DNA of 64,000 nt from an uncultured Alphaproteobacteria bacterium (GTDB lineage: Bacteria > Pseudomonadota > Alphaproteobacteria > Rhizobiales > Xanthobacteraceae), in contig CAVWTB010000064.1 of the NCBI GenBank assembly GCA_963757845.1, positions 58,233-122,232 on the forward strand, read 5' to 3'. The translations under genes and the position numbers were made by a program. The first letter of the stretch is position 1. Each line of letters starts with the position of its first letter. Below the pieces are notes generated by a model, which saw only the letters and a list, made by a program, of their open reading frames with translations, did not search any database and was not told the DNA's origin. Of the stretch, positions 24,060 to 35,028 are shown piece after piece.

Positions 24060-24400
24060 AGATGCACAAAGAGCAGAAAGAAGAAGAGTGGCTAGACATA
24101 GACAACTGGCATGAATGGCTGCAAGAGAGGCTGCGAGGTGAGGAAATGGAACACAGAGATCTGCGATGAGAGACAGTTAGAACGAGCAAAGACTTTCACA
24201 GCGAGAGGCAACAAGTAGAAGGGTAGGGCTAGCGCTATAGCTGCTGTTAGAAGGCGAGTGTGGCAGCAGAGAAGAAGGCGGAGTGGATGAGTCAGGCGCA
24301 CAGACAACAGCGAAGAAGAAGCAGTCACAGGGGACGACTGCAACGCAACGGTCACCGCCTACTACGTCTACAACACAGCGAGCGGGCAGAGCGGCATTAG
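24060..24400 (+). other. Compositionally anomalous purine-rich (~70% A+G), T-poor, lower-GC (~53%) segment of unknown nature
   Basis: Direct base composition. No frame gives a high-GC-type codon pattern. Lies where the signal peptide and N-terminus of the downstream hydrolase would be expected. Confidence 0.5.
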
Positions 24401-25636
24401 AGCTGCGCCGCGAGGGCGCCAAGCGGCACCTCGTCGATGCCAACGGTGGCGCGTTTCTGCTGCAGGGTGATACGCGTGGTCGCTGTACGCGAGGAGACGA
24501 GCGAACAGGTCGATCAGTATCTCGACGACCGCGCGAGCCGGGGCTTCAACACCCTGCTGGCCAATCTGATCGAAAACAAGTTCGCCAGCAACGCGCCGCG
24601 CAATGCCTACGGCGACGCGCCGTTTCTGAACGGCGACTTCGCGCAACCGAATGAGGCCTACTTCGCGCATGCCGACTGGGTGCTGCAGCGCGCCGCCGCC
24701 AAGGGGTTTCTCGTGCTGCTGGTTCCCGCGTACGCCGGCTTCGGGGGCGGCAGCGAGGGCTGGTACCGCCAGATTGTCAACAACGGCGCGGCCAAGATGC
24801 GCACTTACGGCCGTTACCTGGGCCAGCGCTATTCGAACTACACCAACATCCTGTGGACGCACGGCGGCGACTATAACGCGCCGCGGCGGGCGCTGTTCAC
24901 CGAGATCGTCGCCGGCATTCGTGAGTTCGACACGCGCGCGCTGCACAGAGCGCATTGCAGCCCGGGTACCGCCGCGGTCGAGTACTGGGGCGGCGAGCCG
25001 TGGCTGCAGGTGAACAACGTCTACACCTACGAAACCGTCTATTCACGATCGCTCGCGCAGTACGCACGATCGGACGCGATGCCGTTCTTCTTCATAGAGG
25101 GACGGTACGAGAACGAATAGAACGACGGCGACGAGCATCGCGTGCGGGTGCAGGCCTATCACGCGCTGCTTTGCGGGGCCATGGGCCAGCTGTTCGGCAA
25201 CAACGCGGTGTGGCACTTCGCAACCGGTGGGCTCCATCCGTACAGCGGCACGTGGCAACAGGCGCTCGACAGCGCGGGAGCACGCAGCATGACCCACCAC
25301 TATGCGGCCTTCGCGAGCCGCGCGTGGTGGAAGCTGGTGCCCGACGCGAGCAACACGTTCCTGACCAGCGGCTTGGGCGGCAACATGGATCGGGCGGTAG
25401 CCGCCCGGTCATCAGACAGCACGTTCGCGATGGCCTATCTGCCGAGCGCACGCGCGGTTTCCGTGAACCTGTCGCAGCTTGCGGGTCCGCGCGTGGCGGC
25501 GCGCTGGTTCGACCCGTCCGCCGGCACCTACACGGCGGTCACGGGCTCTCCATTCGCGGCCACGGGATCACGCTCGTTCCAGCCGTCGCAGAACAACGCG
25601 AGCGGCCACGGCGACTGGCTGCTGGTGCTCGAGTAG
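24400..25636 (+). CDS. Glycoside hydrolase, DUF4038/GH140-like catalytic domain with C-terminal beta-sandwich (collagen-binding-like) domain; N-terminus undefined; frame break near 25120
   Basis: '[17 protein letters not shown]', '[25 protein letters not shown]', '[20 protein letters not shown]', '[11 protein letters not shown]', C-terminal '[14 protein letters not shown]...[12 protein letters not shown]'. Confidence 0.6.
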
Positions 25637-25684
25637 ACTGCGTAGCGGCTGCGGCGCGAACGCGTCAGTTGAGACGGAACGGGC

Positions 25685-26969
25685 TACTTCTTCCCGCGCT
25701 CGCGCTCGACCTCGCGCCAGCCGATGTCGCTGCGGCAGAAGCCTTCGGGCCAGTTGATCTTGCCGATCGCCGCATAAGCGCGGTCGCGCGCTTCGCTGAC
25801 GTTCTTGGCCGACGCGCAGACGTTCAGCACGCGGCCACCATAGGCCGTGACGTGGCCGTCGATCAGTCTTGGTGCCGGCGTGAAAAATCTCCACGCCTTC
25901 GATCTTCGCCGCCTCGTCGAGTCCCTCGATGCGCGAGCCTTTCGAATAATCGCCGGGATAGCCCTTGGTCGCCATGATCACGGTGATGGCCGTGTCGTCG
26001 TACCAGCGCAGCGACATGTGGTGCAGTTGCCCCTCGGCGCAGGCGAGCAGCGCCGGCACCACGTCGGACATCATCCGCAGCATCAGCACCTGGCATTCCG
26101 GATCGCCGAAGCGCGCATTGTATTCGACGAGCTTCGGGCCCTTGTCCGTCAGCATGATGCCGGCATACAGCACGCCCTTGTAAGGCGCGCCCATCGCCTT
26201 CATCGCCCGCAGCGTCGGATAGATCATCTCGTCCATCACCTGCTTGCAGAGCGCATCCGTCATCACCGGCGCCGGCGAATAGGCGCCCATGCCGCCGGTG
26301 TTCGGTCCCTGGTCGCCGTCGAAGACGCGCTTGTGGTCCTGCGCGGTCGCGAGCGGCAGCGCATGCTCGCCGTCGCACAGCACGAAGAACGAGGCTTCTT
26401 CGCCGGCCATGAACTCCTCGATCACGACCTCGGCGCCGGAGTCGCCGAAGCTGCCGCCGAACATCATGTCGACGGCCGCCAATGCCTCATCGACGGTCTG
26501 GGCGACGACCACGCCCTTGCCGGCGGCAAGGCCGTCCGCCTTCACCACGATCGGCGCGCCCTGCTTCTCGATATAGGCTTTGGCCGCGGCTGCATCCTTG
26601 AAGTGTCCGTAGGCTGCAGTCGGAATGTTGTTGTCGCGGCAAAGCTGCTTGGTGAAACGCTTCGAGCTCTCGAGCTGTGCTGCGGCCTTCGTCGGGCCGA
26701 ACGCCTTGAAGCCCGCCGCATTGAGGTCGTCGACGACGCCGGCGGCAACGGCGGCATCGGGGCCGACGACCACGAAATCCACCTTGTTCGCCTGTGCAGA
26801 AGGAGATGACCGCGGGGTGGTCGGCGATGTCGCCTGCCACGCATTCGGCATCCTTGGCGATGCCGGCATTGCCCGGCATGCACCAGAGTTTCGTCACCAG
26901 CGGCGAGGCGGCGATCTTCCAGCACAGTGCGTGCTCGCGGCCGCCGGAACCGAGGACCAGAATCTTCAT
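25685..26969 (-). CDS. purD: Phosphoribosylamine--glycine ligase PurD; frame breaks near 25860 and 26870
   Basis: '[23 protein letters not shown]', '[19 protein letters not shown]', '[20 protein letters not shown]', C-terminal '[22 protein letters not shown]'. Confidence 0.9.
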
Positions 26970-26990
26970 GCGTGCCTCCGTGCCGTCCCG

Positions 26991-27962
26991 TTACTGGTTC
27001 GGCGCGGCGGAGACAAGCGCCGGCGGGAGACGACTTTGCGGAAAACTATTCGCGGCCGGCATGTCAATCGAAAAATAGTCAGGCGCGCTTTCGATGATTT
27101 CGCGGAGCGAAGCCACGTGCTGCGCGAACGCGGCGCGCCCGGCCGGCGTCGCCGTCACGGTGGTCTGCGGGCGCTTCGCCACAAAAGCCTTGTCGACGGT
27201 GACGTAGCCTGCCTTCGCAAGCGTCTCGATATGCGCGCCGAGGTTGCCGTCGGTGGCGCCGGTCAGCTTCTTCAGCTTCGAGAACTCCAGCCCCTGCCTC
27301 GCCGGCATCGCGTGCAGCGCCGACATGATCCGCAGGCGGAGCGGCTGATGGATGATCTCGTCGAACTGCGCCATCGTCCACGCCCTGCGCATCCAGAGGC
27401 CGCCCAGGATCAGCCCGCCGCCGTTGACGAAGGCCATCCACAATTCGAACCAGGATCCTGCGAAGAAGTAGCCGATCAGCGTCAGCGCGGTGATGCCAAG
27501 GCCGATGGCAAGGAAGCCGAAGCCGAGCCAAAGCCCGGCGAGGCTGTAGAACAGCATCCAGTAGGTCGCCCAGAACGCATTCAGCTCCCGGCCCGGCAGG
27601 CGGGCGATGCCGACCGCCCAGAACAAGCCGAAGCCGAACACCAGCGCGAACACCGCCAGCACCCGCCAGTCGAAGGTGCGGACGCCGGATCTTTCATGAA
27701 CGAACAGGCTGATGGCGAGCGTGCCGACGACTCCGAGCACGTTCGCGCCGATCCAGACGATACCGGCCTGACGCGGCAGGAGCATGCAGGCGACATAGGC
27801 CGCGAAGATCAAGGCGCCCCAAAAGATCAGGATCAGGCTCGTCAGATTGTAGAGCCGCGACTGGCGCACGCGCGCGGCGATGTCGTCGATGTCGCTCAAC
27901 GCCTGCGCCGCTTCGTTCCGGTCGATGGTCATCCCGTCACCTGGTCGTTTCACAGCTCGCAC
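26991..27962 (-). CDS. Membrane protein (about 6 TMS) fused to a C-terminal winged-helix DNA-binding domain, intact
   Basis: Hydrophobic N-terminal 180 aa, then 'IIHQPLRLRIMSALHAMPARQGLEFSKLKKLTGATDGNLGAHIETLAKAGYVTVDK' (wHTH pattern). Confidence 0.6.
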   Translation of the reverse strand: MRAVKRPGDGMTIDRNEAAQALSDIDDIAARVRQSRLYNLTSLILIFWGALIFAAYVACMLLPRQAGIVWIGANVLGVVGTLAISLFVHERSGVRTFDWRVLAVFALVFGFGLFWAVGIARLPGRELNAFWATYWMLFYSLAGLWLGFGFLAIGLGITALTLIGYFFAGSWFELWMAFVNGGGLILGGLWMRRAWTMAQFDEIIHQPLRLRIMSALHAMPARQGLEFSKLKKLTGATDGNLGAHIETLAKAGYVTVDKAFVAKRPQTTVTATPAGRAAFAQHVASLREIIESAPDYFSIDMPAANSFPQSRLPPALVSAAPNQ

Positions 27963-28037
27963 GTCGCGGCGTGGGCGGATGATAGCGCGCGATCAGAGAG
28001 CAACCAATGAGGCCTGAAATCATGGGTCGCATGCGCG

Positions 28038-29037
28038 TCAATCCGGCGAGCGGGGTTTCGCAATATCGGCGGCGATGGTCGCGGCAGCGCCGGCGTCATA
28101 GATCAGGCCCATGTGGCTCAGGCCGTCGAGCACCTTCACGTCGACCTTCGGAAAATCCTGCACCGCGTCGGCGTATTTGTCGGCGAACATCAGTTCGTCC
28201 TTGGCGCCGGCATAGATCGTCACCGGCGCGGTCGCTGCAGCGAAATACCTGCGATAGTCGCGGGCGGCGCCGAAGTTGACGAACAGGCGGAACGAATAGA
28301 CTCCGGTCTGCGCTTTCTCCGAATTCGCCGGCACGGCGAAAGCGATCGCCGGCAGGGATTCGCAGCAGGTGATCCCAGCGAGCGCAGAGCGAACAGGCCG
28401 ATGATGCGCGGAATGCTCGGGCTCGCCCAGCCGCCGGAATTCGGCCGGCTGGACGGGGCATCGTTGCCGAGATACGGCGCAAGCAGAACCGTGCGCGTGA
28501 ACAGATCCTTGGTCGACGAGCCGGCGGCGCGCAGCGCAAAGCCGCCGCCCGATGAAAAGCCGACCAGCGTGATCGCGGCCGTTGGCCGCGTGGTGCGGAT
28601 CTGGCCGACGAGATCGGCGAGGTCGTCCTCGAGCTGGCCGAGATAGGCGATGTCGCCGCGCGTGCCGGAGGCGCCGTGACCGCGCATGTCGACTGCGAAC
28701 GTCTCGACGCCCCGCGCGGCGATCGCCCGCGCCAGGATGTGCATCGACCAGCTGCCGCCGGACGAGCCGTGCACCAGCACGGCGACGCGATCGATGCCTT
28801 CAACCTGTGGCCGGTAATGACGGAACGCCAGGTGCGTCCCGTCGCGCGCCTGGAAGCGCGACAGACGCCGGCACGTCCGACATGCTCGCCCCCGGCGGAC
28901 CGCTGATCGAGGCCAGCATCGGCGGCTTCGAGACGGGCACGGCGACGAGCGCCAGCAGCACGGCCGCCAGCAATCCGAACAAGGCGAGCGAGAGCGACGA
29001 TCGTCTTGCGCAACCACCAGGGAACCAGCTTCGACAT
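28038..29037 (-). CDS. Alpha/beta-hydrolase fold protein (signal-anchored); frame breaks
   Basis: 'VAVLVHGSSGGSWSMHILARAIAARGVETFAVDMRGHGAS', nucleophile elbow 'LVGFSSGGGFAL', C-terminal 'GLSHMGLIYD'. Confidence 0.75.
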
Positions 29038-29167
29038 GGGAAATCCTTGAGCTTCTCGCCTATGAATAGATTACTCTATTACACAGAGTTATCTAATCCA
29101 CAACCCCCTTCCCTGACATTGTTGGCGGTTAGGCCCGCGGCGGCATACCTTTGGCGTTCAATCGAAA

Positions 29168-30778
29168 TTGCACGCGATTCGCATGTCTGACCCAGCTCTT
29201 GCGCAGCTCCGGCCGAACACCGCCGAGTTCACGGTGTCCGAACTCTCCGCCGCCCTGAAGCGGACGGTGGAGGACGCCTACGGCCATGTGCGCGTGCGGG
29301 GCGAAATATCGGGCTTTCGCGGGCCGCATTCGTCCGGCCACTGCTACTTCGCGCTGAAGGACCAGACCGCCAAGATCGAGGCGGTGATCTGGAAGGGCAC
29401 GCACGGCCGCATGCGCTTCAAGCCGCAGGAAGGGCTCGAGGTGATCGCCACCGGGCGGCTCACCACCTACCCCAACTCGTCGAAATACCAGATCGTGATC
29501 GAGACGCTGGAGCCCGCCGGCATCGGCGCGCTGATGGCGCTGATGGAGGAGCGCAAGCGCAAGCTGGCCGCCGAAGGCCTGTTCGACCCGAACCGAAAGC
29601 GGCAGCTGCCGTGGCTGCCCGAAGTGATCGGCATCGTCACCTCGCCGACCGGCGCCGTGATCCGCGACATCCTGCACCGGCTATCCGACCGCTTTCCGCG
29701 CCGGGTGCTGGTGTGGCCGGTCAAGGTGCAGGGCGACGGCTCGGCCGAACAGGTCGCCGCCGCAATCCGCGGCTTCAACGCGCTGCATCAGGGCGGCCGG
29801 ATTCCGCGGCCCGACCTGTTGATCGTCGCGCGCGGCGGCGGCTCGCTCGAAGACCTCTGGTCGTTCAACGAAGAGGTCGTCGTGCGCGCGGCCGCCGAAA
29901 GCGAAATCCCGCTGATCTCCGCCGTCGGTCACGAGACCGATGTGACGCTGATCGATTTTGCCGCCGACCGCCGCGCGCCGACGCCGACGGCGGCCGCCGA
30001 AATGGCGGTGCCGGTGCGCAGCGAGCTCGTGATCGAGGTGGCCAGTCTGGCGCGGCGGGCTTTCGGCTGCTGGCAGCGCGGACAGGAAGCGCGTCGCACC
30101 GAGCTGCGCGCCGCGTTGCGCGCGCTGCCGTCGCGCGAGGATTTGCTGGCGATCCCGCGCCAGCGGCTCGACCATGCAACTGGCCGCCTGCCGCGGGCGC
30201 TGCAAGCGTCGGCCCATTTGCACCATCGCCGGTTTGCGTCGGCCGCCGCCGGGCTGACGCCGCGCACGCTGCGAATGCAGATCGAGCGCGCCAAGGAAAA
30301 CGTGCGCAGCCTGGACGGCCGCGCCACGCAATGCATCAAGGTGCAAGGTGCGCGACGGCAGGAGCGCTTCGCGGCGCTGACGACGCGTCTCGGCGCCTCA
30401 TTGCGCGCCAATGCCGACGCGCAGCGCCATCGCATCGCCCGCGATCTCGAGCGCACGCATCGGCTTACGGAGCGCACGGCACGCGCGATGAAGGTGCTGA
30501 TCCAGGCGCGCGAGGCGCGCCTCGAACGCGCCGCCCAACTGCTCGGCGCGCTTTCCTACAAGAGCGTGCTGGCGCGCGGCTATGCGCTGGTGCGCGACGC
30601 CGATGGCATGACCTTGCGCAGCGCAACGGCGGTCCAGCCGGGCACGCATCTGGCGCTGGAATTCTCCGACGGCACGGTGGGCGCGACCGCCGATGGCGAG
30701 GCGACCGCGCCGGCGAAGCCGAAGCAGCCGTCGACGCGCAAGGGCGCGAGCGAGACGGCGCAAGGCAAGCTGTTTTAG
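29168..30778 (+). CDS. xseA: Exodeoxyribonuclease VII large subunit XseA, intact
   Basis: OB-fold '[25 protein letters not shown]', catalytic '[13 protein letters not shown]...[17 protein letters not shown]'. Long coiled C-terminus. Confidence 0.9.
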   Translation: MHAIRMSDPALAQLRPNTAEFTVSELSAALKRTVEDAYGHVRVRGEISGFRGPHSSGHCYFALKDQTAKIEAVIWKGTHGRMRFKPQEGLEVIATGRLTTYPNSSKYQIVIETLEPAGIGALMALMEERKRKLAAEGLFDPNRKRQLPWLPEVIGIVTSPTGAVIRDILHRLSDRFPRRVLVWPVKVQGDGSAEQVAAAIRGFNALHQGGRIPRPDLLIVARGGGSLEDLWSFNEEVVVRAAAESEIPLISAVGHETDVTLIDFAADRRAPTPTAAAEMAVPVRSELVIEVASLARRAFGCWQRGQEARRTELRAALRALPSREDLLAIPRQRLDHATGRLPRALQASAHLHHRRFASAAAGLTPRTLRMQIERAKENVRSLDGRATQCIKVQGARRQERFAALTTRLGASLRANADAQRHRIARDLERTHRLTERTARAMKVLIQAREARLERAAQLLGALSYKSVLARGYALVRDADGMTLRSATAVQPGTHLALEFSDGTVGATADGEATAPAKPKQPSTRKGASETAQGKLF

Positions 30779-30879
30779 GGCTTGACGACATCAAGCCGAA
30801 CTATGCCGTCATGCCCGGCCTTGCGTGACGCGGGCATCCATCGTCTGTGCCGTGCAGTTTGCGCGAGCGCCAAAGACGT

Positions 30880-30909
30880 GGATGGCCGGGATAAGCCCGG
30901 CCATGACGA
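30880..30909. repeat. Short hairpin repeat GGATGGCCGGGATAAGCCCGGCCATGACGA (paralogue of 8707-8736)
   Basis: Direct comparison of the two loci. Confidence 0.6.
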
Positions 30910-31107
30910 CTCATTAATTCAACACATCAGCCGAAGCGCTGCAGCATCGACAGCTTAGCCCGGCAATGCGTTGTCCGTGACCGCCCGCCTTCGCCGCCGG
31001 CGGAGCCGGGCGCTGCGTTCCGTTGAGCAACGCATCGACCGGATTGCCGCCTGAAAAGCCGGCCTGGGACAGGATCGCGTCCAGGATCGGCTTCTGCGCG
31101 CCGTAGC

Positions 31108-32663
31108 TCAGAGCTGGCTCGAGAGGTCGGCGATCGGACCGCCGCCGTTCGCGCCGTTGGACGACGCGCCCGCTCCCATCGCGCCGAGCATGCCGCCGGC
31201 GCTGAAGATCCTGATGTCGGAGATCTTCTCGATCGGCTTCATCGCCTGCTCGAGCGCCTCGGGGATCACGGCGATGCGCTGCTTGGTCAGTTCGAAATCG
31301 ACCATCTGCGGCGAGAGCGCATTGCGTGCCTCGTTCAGCGCACGCTCGCGCTTCGCTTCAGCTTCGCCGAGCTCGATGATGCCGCCGGCGCGGACCTTGT
31401 TCGAATTCGCTTCAGCCTCGGCCTGCGTGAGCATCGCCGACGGCCAGGTTCAGCGCGGCCTCGCGCTCGGCTTCCGCCTTGACGGTGATGGCGGTTGCGG
31501 CCTGCTCGGCCTCTTTGCGGGCGTCGATCACCGCGATCTTCTTGGCGCGTTCGGCGATCTCGACGGCGCGTGCGGTCGAAACCTGCTCCTCGGCCGTCAC
31601 GGCGGCGGCCTTCGCCTCTTCCGCCTTCGCCCTGGCCTGCAACTCGGCCTCGCTCTTCTGCGCCACCGCGATCGCAGCGTCGATCCTGGCCGTCTCGGTG
31701 ACGCGCTTGGCTTCGGCCTCGCTCTCGGCGATGCCGCGCTCGGCGGTGATGCGCGCGGTCTCCTTGGACTGACGCGCTTCCGCCTCGGTCTTGGCGACGC
31801 CGCGCTCGGTCTCGAGCCGCGCGGTCTCCTCGGCGAGACGCGCGGCCTGCTCGGCGCGCGCCTGTTCGGCACGCGTCTCCGCCGTCTTGTTGGCGATGTC
31901 GCGCTGCTGGTTCAACTCGGCGTCGCGCTGCTCGCGCTGGATCGTCAGGCGGCGCAGGCTCGCCTCGCGGTCCTTGGTCGCGATCGCGACTTCGTTCTCG
32001 CGCACGATCTCGTTGCGCTCGCGGCGCCGTTCCTCGGTGACGCGCGTCAGCGCGGTGAGGCCTTCGGCGTCGAACGTGTTGTTGGGATTGAAATGCTTGA
32101 TGTCGGTCTGGTCCAGCCGCGTCAGCGAAACCGACTCGAGCTCGAGACCGTTCGACTGCAGGTCGGCGGCGACCGCATCCTGCACCGCCTTCACGAACTC
32201 GGAACGCTTCTCCTGCAGGTCCTTCAGCGTCATGGTCGCTGCGACCGAGCGCAGGCCGTCGACGAATTTGGCTTCGACGAGCGCCTTCAGCAGCTCAGCG
32301 TCGGTCGTCCGGTCGCCGAGCGTCTGGGCGGCGAGCGCGATGTTCTCCTCATCGGGCTTCACCCGAACGTAGAACTCAGCGGTGATGTCGGCGCGCATGC
32401 GATCCGCGGTGATCAGCGACTCGCCCTCGCTGCGCTGGACTTCCAGGCGCAGCGTCGAGAGCTGCACCCAGGAATAGGAATGGAAAATGGGCAGGATGAC
32501 CGCGCCGCCGTCGAGGACGACCTTCTTGCCGCCGAGCCCGGTGCGGACATAGGCCTTGTCCCGGGTCGAACGCGTATACAGCGTGGCCATGACCACGCCG
32601 ATGCCGATGATGAGAGCGAGTGCCGTGCCAGCGATCGTGAGAATCGGACGAGATATCCATCAG
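31108..32663 (-). CDS. Flotillin/SPFH (band 7) family protein, YqiK-like; frame break immediately after start and near 31430
   Basis: RBS 'AGGAGG' plus ATG 32663. N-terminal TM 'ILTIAGTALALIIGIGVVMATLY'. SPFH 'VVLDGGAVILPIFHSYSWVQLSTLRLEV'. Long E/A/R coiled coil. C-terminal 'MVDFELTKQRIAVIPEALEQA'. Confidence 0.8.
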
Positions 32664-33321
32664 CGTTTTCCTCCTGAATCGATATCGGTGTGCGCGACGA
32701 GGTCCTTCGGCGCAGGAATGGCCTGGAAGAGCCCGCCGGCGCCATCGACCAGAAGGACGATCGCGCCCTGCGGGATGACGTGGTCCGCGGCGGCCTTGGC
32801 GCGCAGCACATGGATGTTGCCGTGCCGGTCCTTGACGCGCACGCGACCCGGCTTGCCCTGATCGAGCGGCCCGAGCGTGACCGTGCCGGTAAGCCCGATC
32901 AGATCGGCCTGGGAGACGGCGGCGGTCTCGTCGCCGGGAAAGATCTTCGCAGTCCAGCGCGAGAGCGTCCGCGTGGCCGGGAAGCGCGGCAGCAAACGCG
33001 CCCGCGCTCGCGATCAGCGTGGGCAACGGCGCGACAACGGCCTTGGCCACGCCCTGGATGGCGAAGCCGGCAATCGCGAACGCGGCCAGCCAGATCATGA
33101 TCAGGATGAGCAGCGGCACGCCGCCCTTGTTGAGCCAGGACATCCACGCGTCCAGCGGACCGCTTTCGCCGTAGTGGCCGTGGTCAGCCGGGCCGTGGCC
33201 GAGGAGCGTCGAGAACGACATGCCGACGACCATGGCGACGATCTCGACGGCGACGAGGCCGATCGAGGATCAGCGCCGCAATCGTGAAGGGATAGAAGCC
33301 CGGCGCAGCGAGCGCGCTCAT
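32660..33321 (-). CDS. NfeD-like membrane protein (YqiJ-like) with C-terminal OB-fold; frame breaks
   Basis: TM-rich N-terminus 'VPLLILIMIWLAAFAIAGFAIQGV'. C-terminal OB 'GLTGTVTLGPLDQGKPGRVRVKDRHGNIHVLRAKA'. Directly upstream of the flotillin gene. Confidence 0.7.
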
Positions 33322-33971
33322 GAATTGCCTTTCCCCTTGTAACGCGCCAGACGTTCCTGGATTTCCTTCTCGCGCTGCATCCGGCTCAGCTCCTCGACCT
33401 CCGAGGTGCCGGTCGTCGGCCGGCCCGAGACGCCGGTGACGCGCTCGATGGTGCCGAGCGAACGCGCAAGGCGGTTGTCGTTGCGGACCGAGGCGCTCGC
33501 GTCCGTCGCCGCCGTTCTCCGCGCCCTTGCTTTTCTTGAGCGCGGCAAGCCGGGCGACGGCATCCTGCCGCGCGCAGAATTCACCGCCTGCAGCGCCTTG
33601 CCGGCCTCGTCGATCTTCTCGACCGCTTCGGCCAGCGCAGTCTCCAATGCGGCGCGCTGCGCCTCGAGGTCGATCTGCAGGCCGATCACCGGCTTGACCA
33701 GATCCTCGCGGCCGCTGGCGAGGCCGGTTTCGATCTTGCCGACGAGATCCTCGATCTCGTCGTTGATCTCGGCGATCTTCGCCTTCAGCCGATGCTCCTC
33801 GGCGCGGGCCTTGCCGGCCCCTGCCCTCGCGTCGTCGGCGACCGCATCGATCTCGCGGATCGACTGCTCGACGGTGGCGATCGCGTTGGCGCCCTCGAGC
33901 GCGTCGACGGTGCCGTGCGCGACGCCTGCGATGACCCGCCCGATGCGGGACAGCATTCCTTCAGTGGCCAT
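33318..33971 (-). CDS. PspA/IM30 family protein
   Basis: 'MLSRIGRVIAGVAHGTVDALEGANAIATVEQSIREIDAVADDARAGAGKARAEEHRLKAKIAEINDEIEDLVGKIETGLASGREDLV'. Coiled-coil PspA/Vipp1 fold. Possible frame problem near 33450. Confidence 0.75.
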   Translation of the reverse strand: MATEGMLSRIGRVIAGVAHGTVDALEGANAIATVEQSIREIDAVADDARAGAGKARAEEHRLKAKIAEINDEIEDLVGKIETGLASGREDLVKPVIGLQIDLEAQRAALETALAEAVEKIDEAGKALQAVNSARGRMPSPGLPRSRKARARRTAATDASASVRNDNRLARSLGTIERVTGVSGRPTTGTSEVEELSRMQREKEIQERLARYKGKGNS

Positions 33972-34450
33972 GGCGGTCTCCTTCGGTTTGAACGGCGGAG
34001 GCGATGCCGACGAGGACGAGGGTCTCGTCGTCCGTCAGCATCAGCCGGGCTTCGGCGTGGTCGGACCAGCCAGCCGCGTAGCCGGCGACGGAATAGGGAA
34101 TGAGCCTGCGGCCTTCGACCGTGGCGAGGCTCAGATGCGTCGGGCTCTTGATGGCGTAGAGGCGCCCATCGAGCGGCAGAGAGTCGAGCGCGCTGCCTGC
34201 TTCGCGGCTGGCATGGTCGCGCAAGCCGAGCGTCACCAGCCGCGCCGGCAGCCGCGTGCGTTCGCGGATCGTGGCGTAGGCCTGCTCGTGCAAGGCGACG
34301 AGGTTGGCGCTGGCGCCGCGCGTCGCGTCCGAGCTCGTCGAGAATGCCCATCATCACGGCATAGTCCGCGAGCGTCGCCCGGATCGCCGCCATGTCGTCG
34401 GCTGACGGGGTGAGCAGGTAGCTCATGGTTGAGAGGTAGCGCGGCGACAT
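33961..34450 (-). CDS. Hypothetical protein co-located with pspA-like gene (possibly DUF2170/YjfI-like); frame break
   Basis: 'MSYLLTPSADDMAAIRATLADYAVMMGILDE' and 'YATIRERTRLPARLVTLGLRDHASREAGSALDSLPLDGRLYAIKSPTHLSLATVEGRRLIPYSV...LMLTDDETLVLVGI'. Confidence 0.4.
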
Positions 34451-35028
34451 GGGAAAACTATAAAGTACTTCCTTTGTACTTTCCAGCCTCTTCCGGCTGC
34501 GTCATGAGACCGCAGATCCCGCGCAATCTGCAGCTGCGCCAGCGCAGGTTGCGCTGCAGCAAGCCGCCGCGGCCGAATTCCCGGTCGCAGAGGCCGCCAC
34601 TGCGGGTGGCCCGCCATGGTCGGCGGAAACCGCGCGTCGCGTCGTTGCCTTTAGTTGTCCGGAGGCGGCAAGGTTCGATGACGGGCGCGACCAGGGGTTC
34701 CGAAGGTGACCTGCGGTCCCGTCTTCCGAGCGCCAGCGTCGTGTTCAGGAGCCGGCACGGATTGAGCGAAGGGCCGTCGCAACGACCTGCGCGCGCACGA
34801 CGTATCGGCTTGTTCCGCCAGGCTCCTGCGTGTCCACGCAGCGTGTGCGATGGATTGATTGCTCGTGCACGCTCGATCGCGCGATCCGCACGACCATCGC
34901 GCATCACTGCAACTGCGCTACGACAGTTGCGGTTGTCAGCGGCACGGCCATGCGGTTAATTTGGCTTGGGCTGATGGACCCGAGCAGCGCCCTTCTCGCG
35001 CGACTTGCGGCTGGATTGGAGATTCTTC

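Noticed and set aside
24061-24165. Readable-looking peptide 'MHKEQKEEEWLDIDNWHEWLQERLRGEEMEHRDLR' in the purine-rich segment
   Set aside because: It is 35 codons with no RBS, in a region of atypical codon usage. Glu/Lys richness follows trivially from the A/G-rich DNA. No support for a real gene.
33785-34450. Long 221-aa ORF 'MSPRYLSTMSYLL...' as a single large protein
   Set aside because: Only the N-terminal ~30 aa and the alternative-frame 33961-34293 segment have protein-like composition. The rest is Arg/Pro-rich out-of-frame read-through. Called as a ~155-aa gene with a frame break instead.
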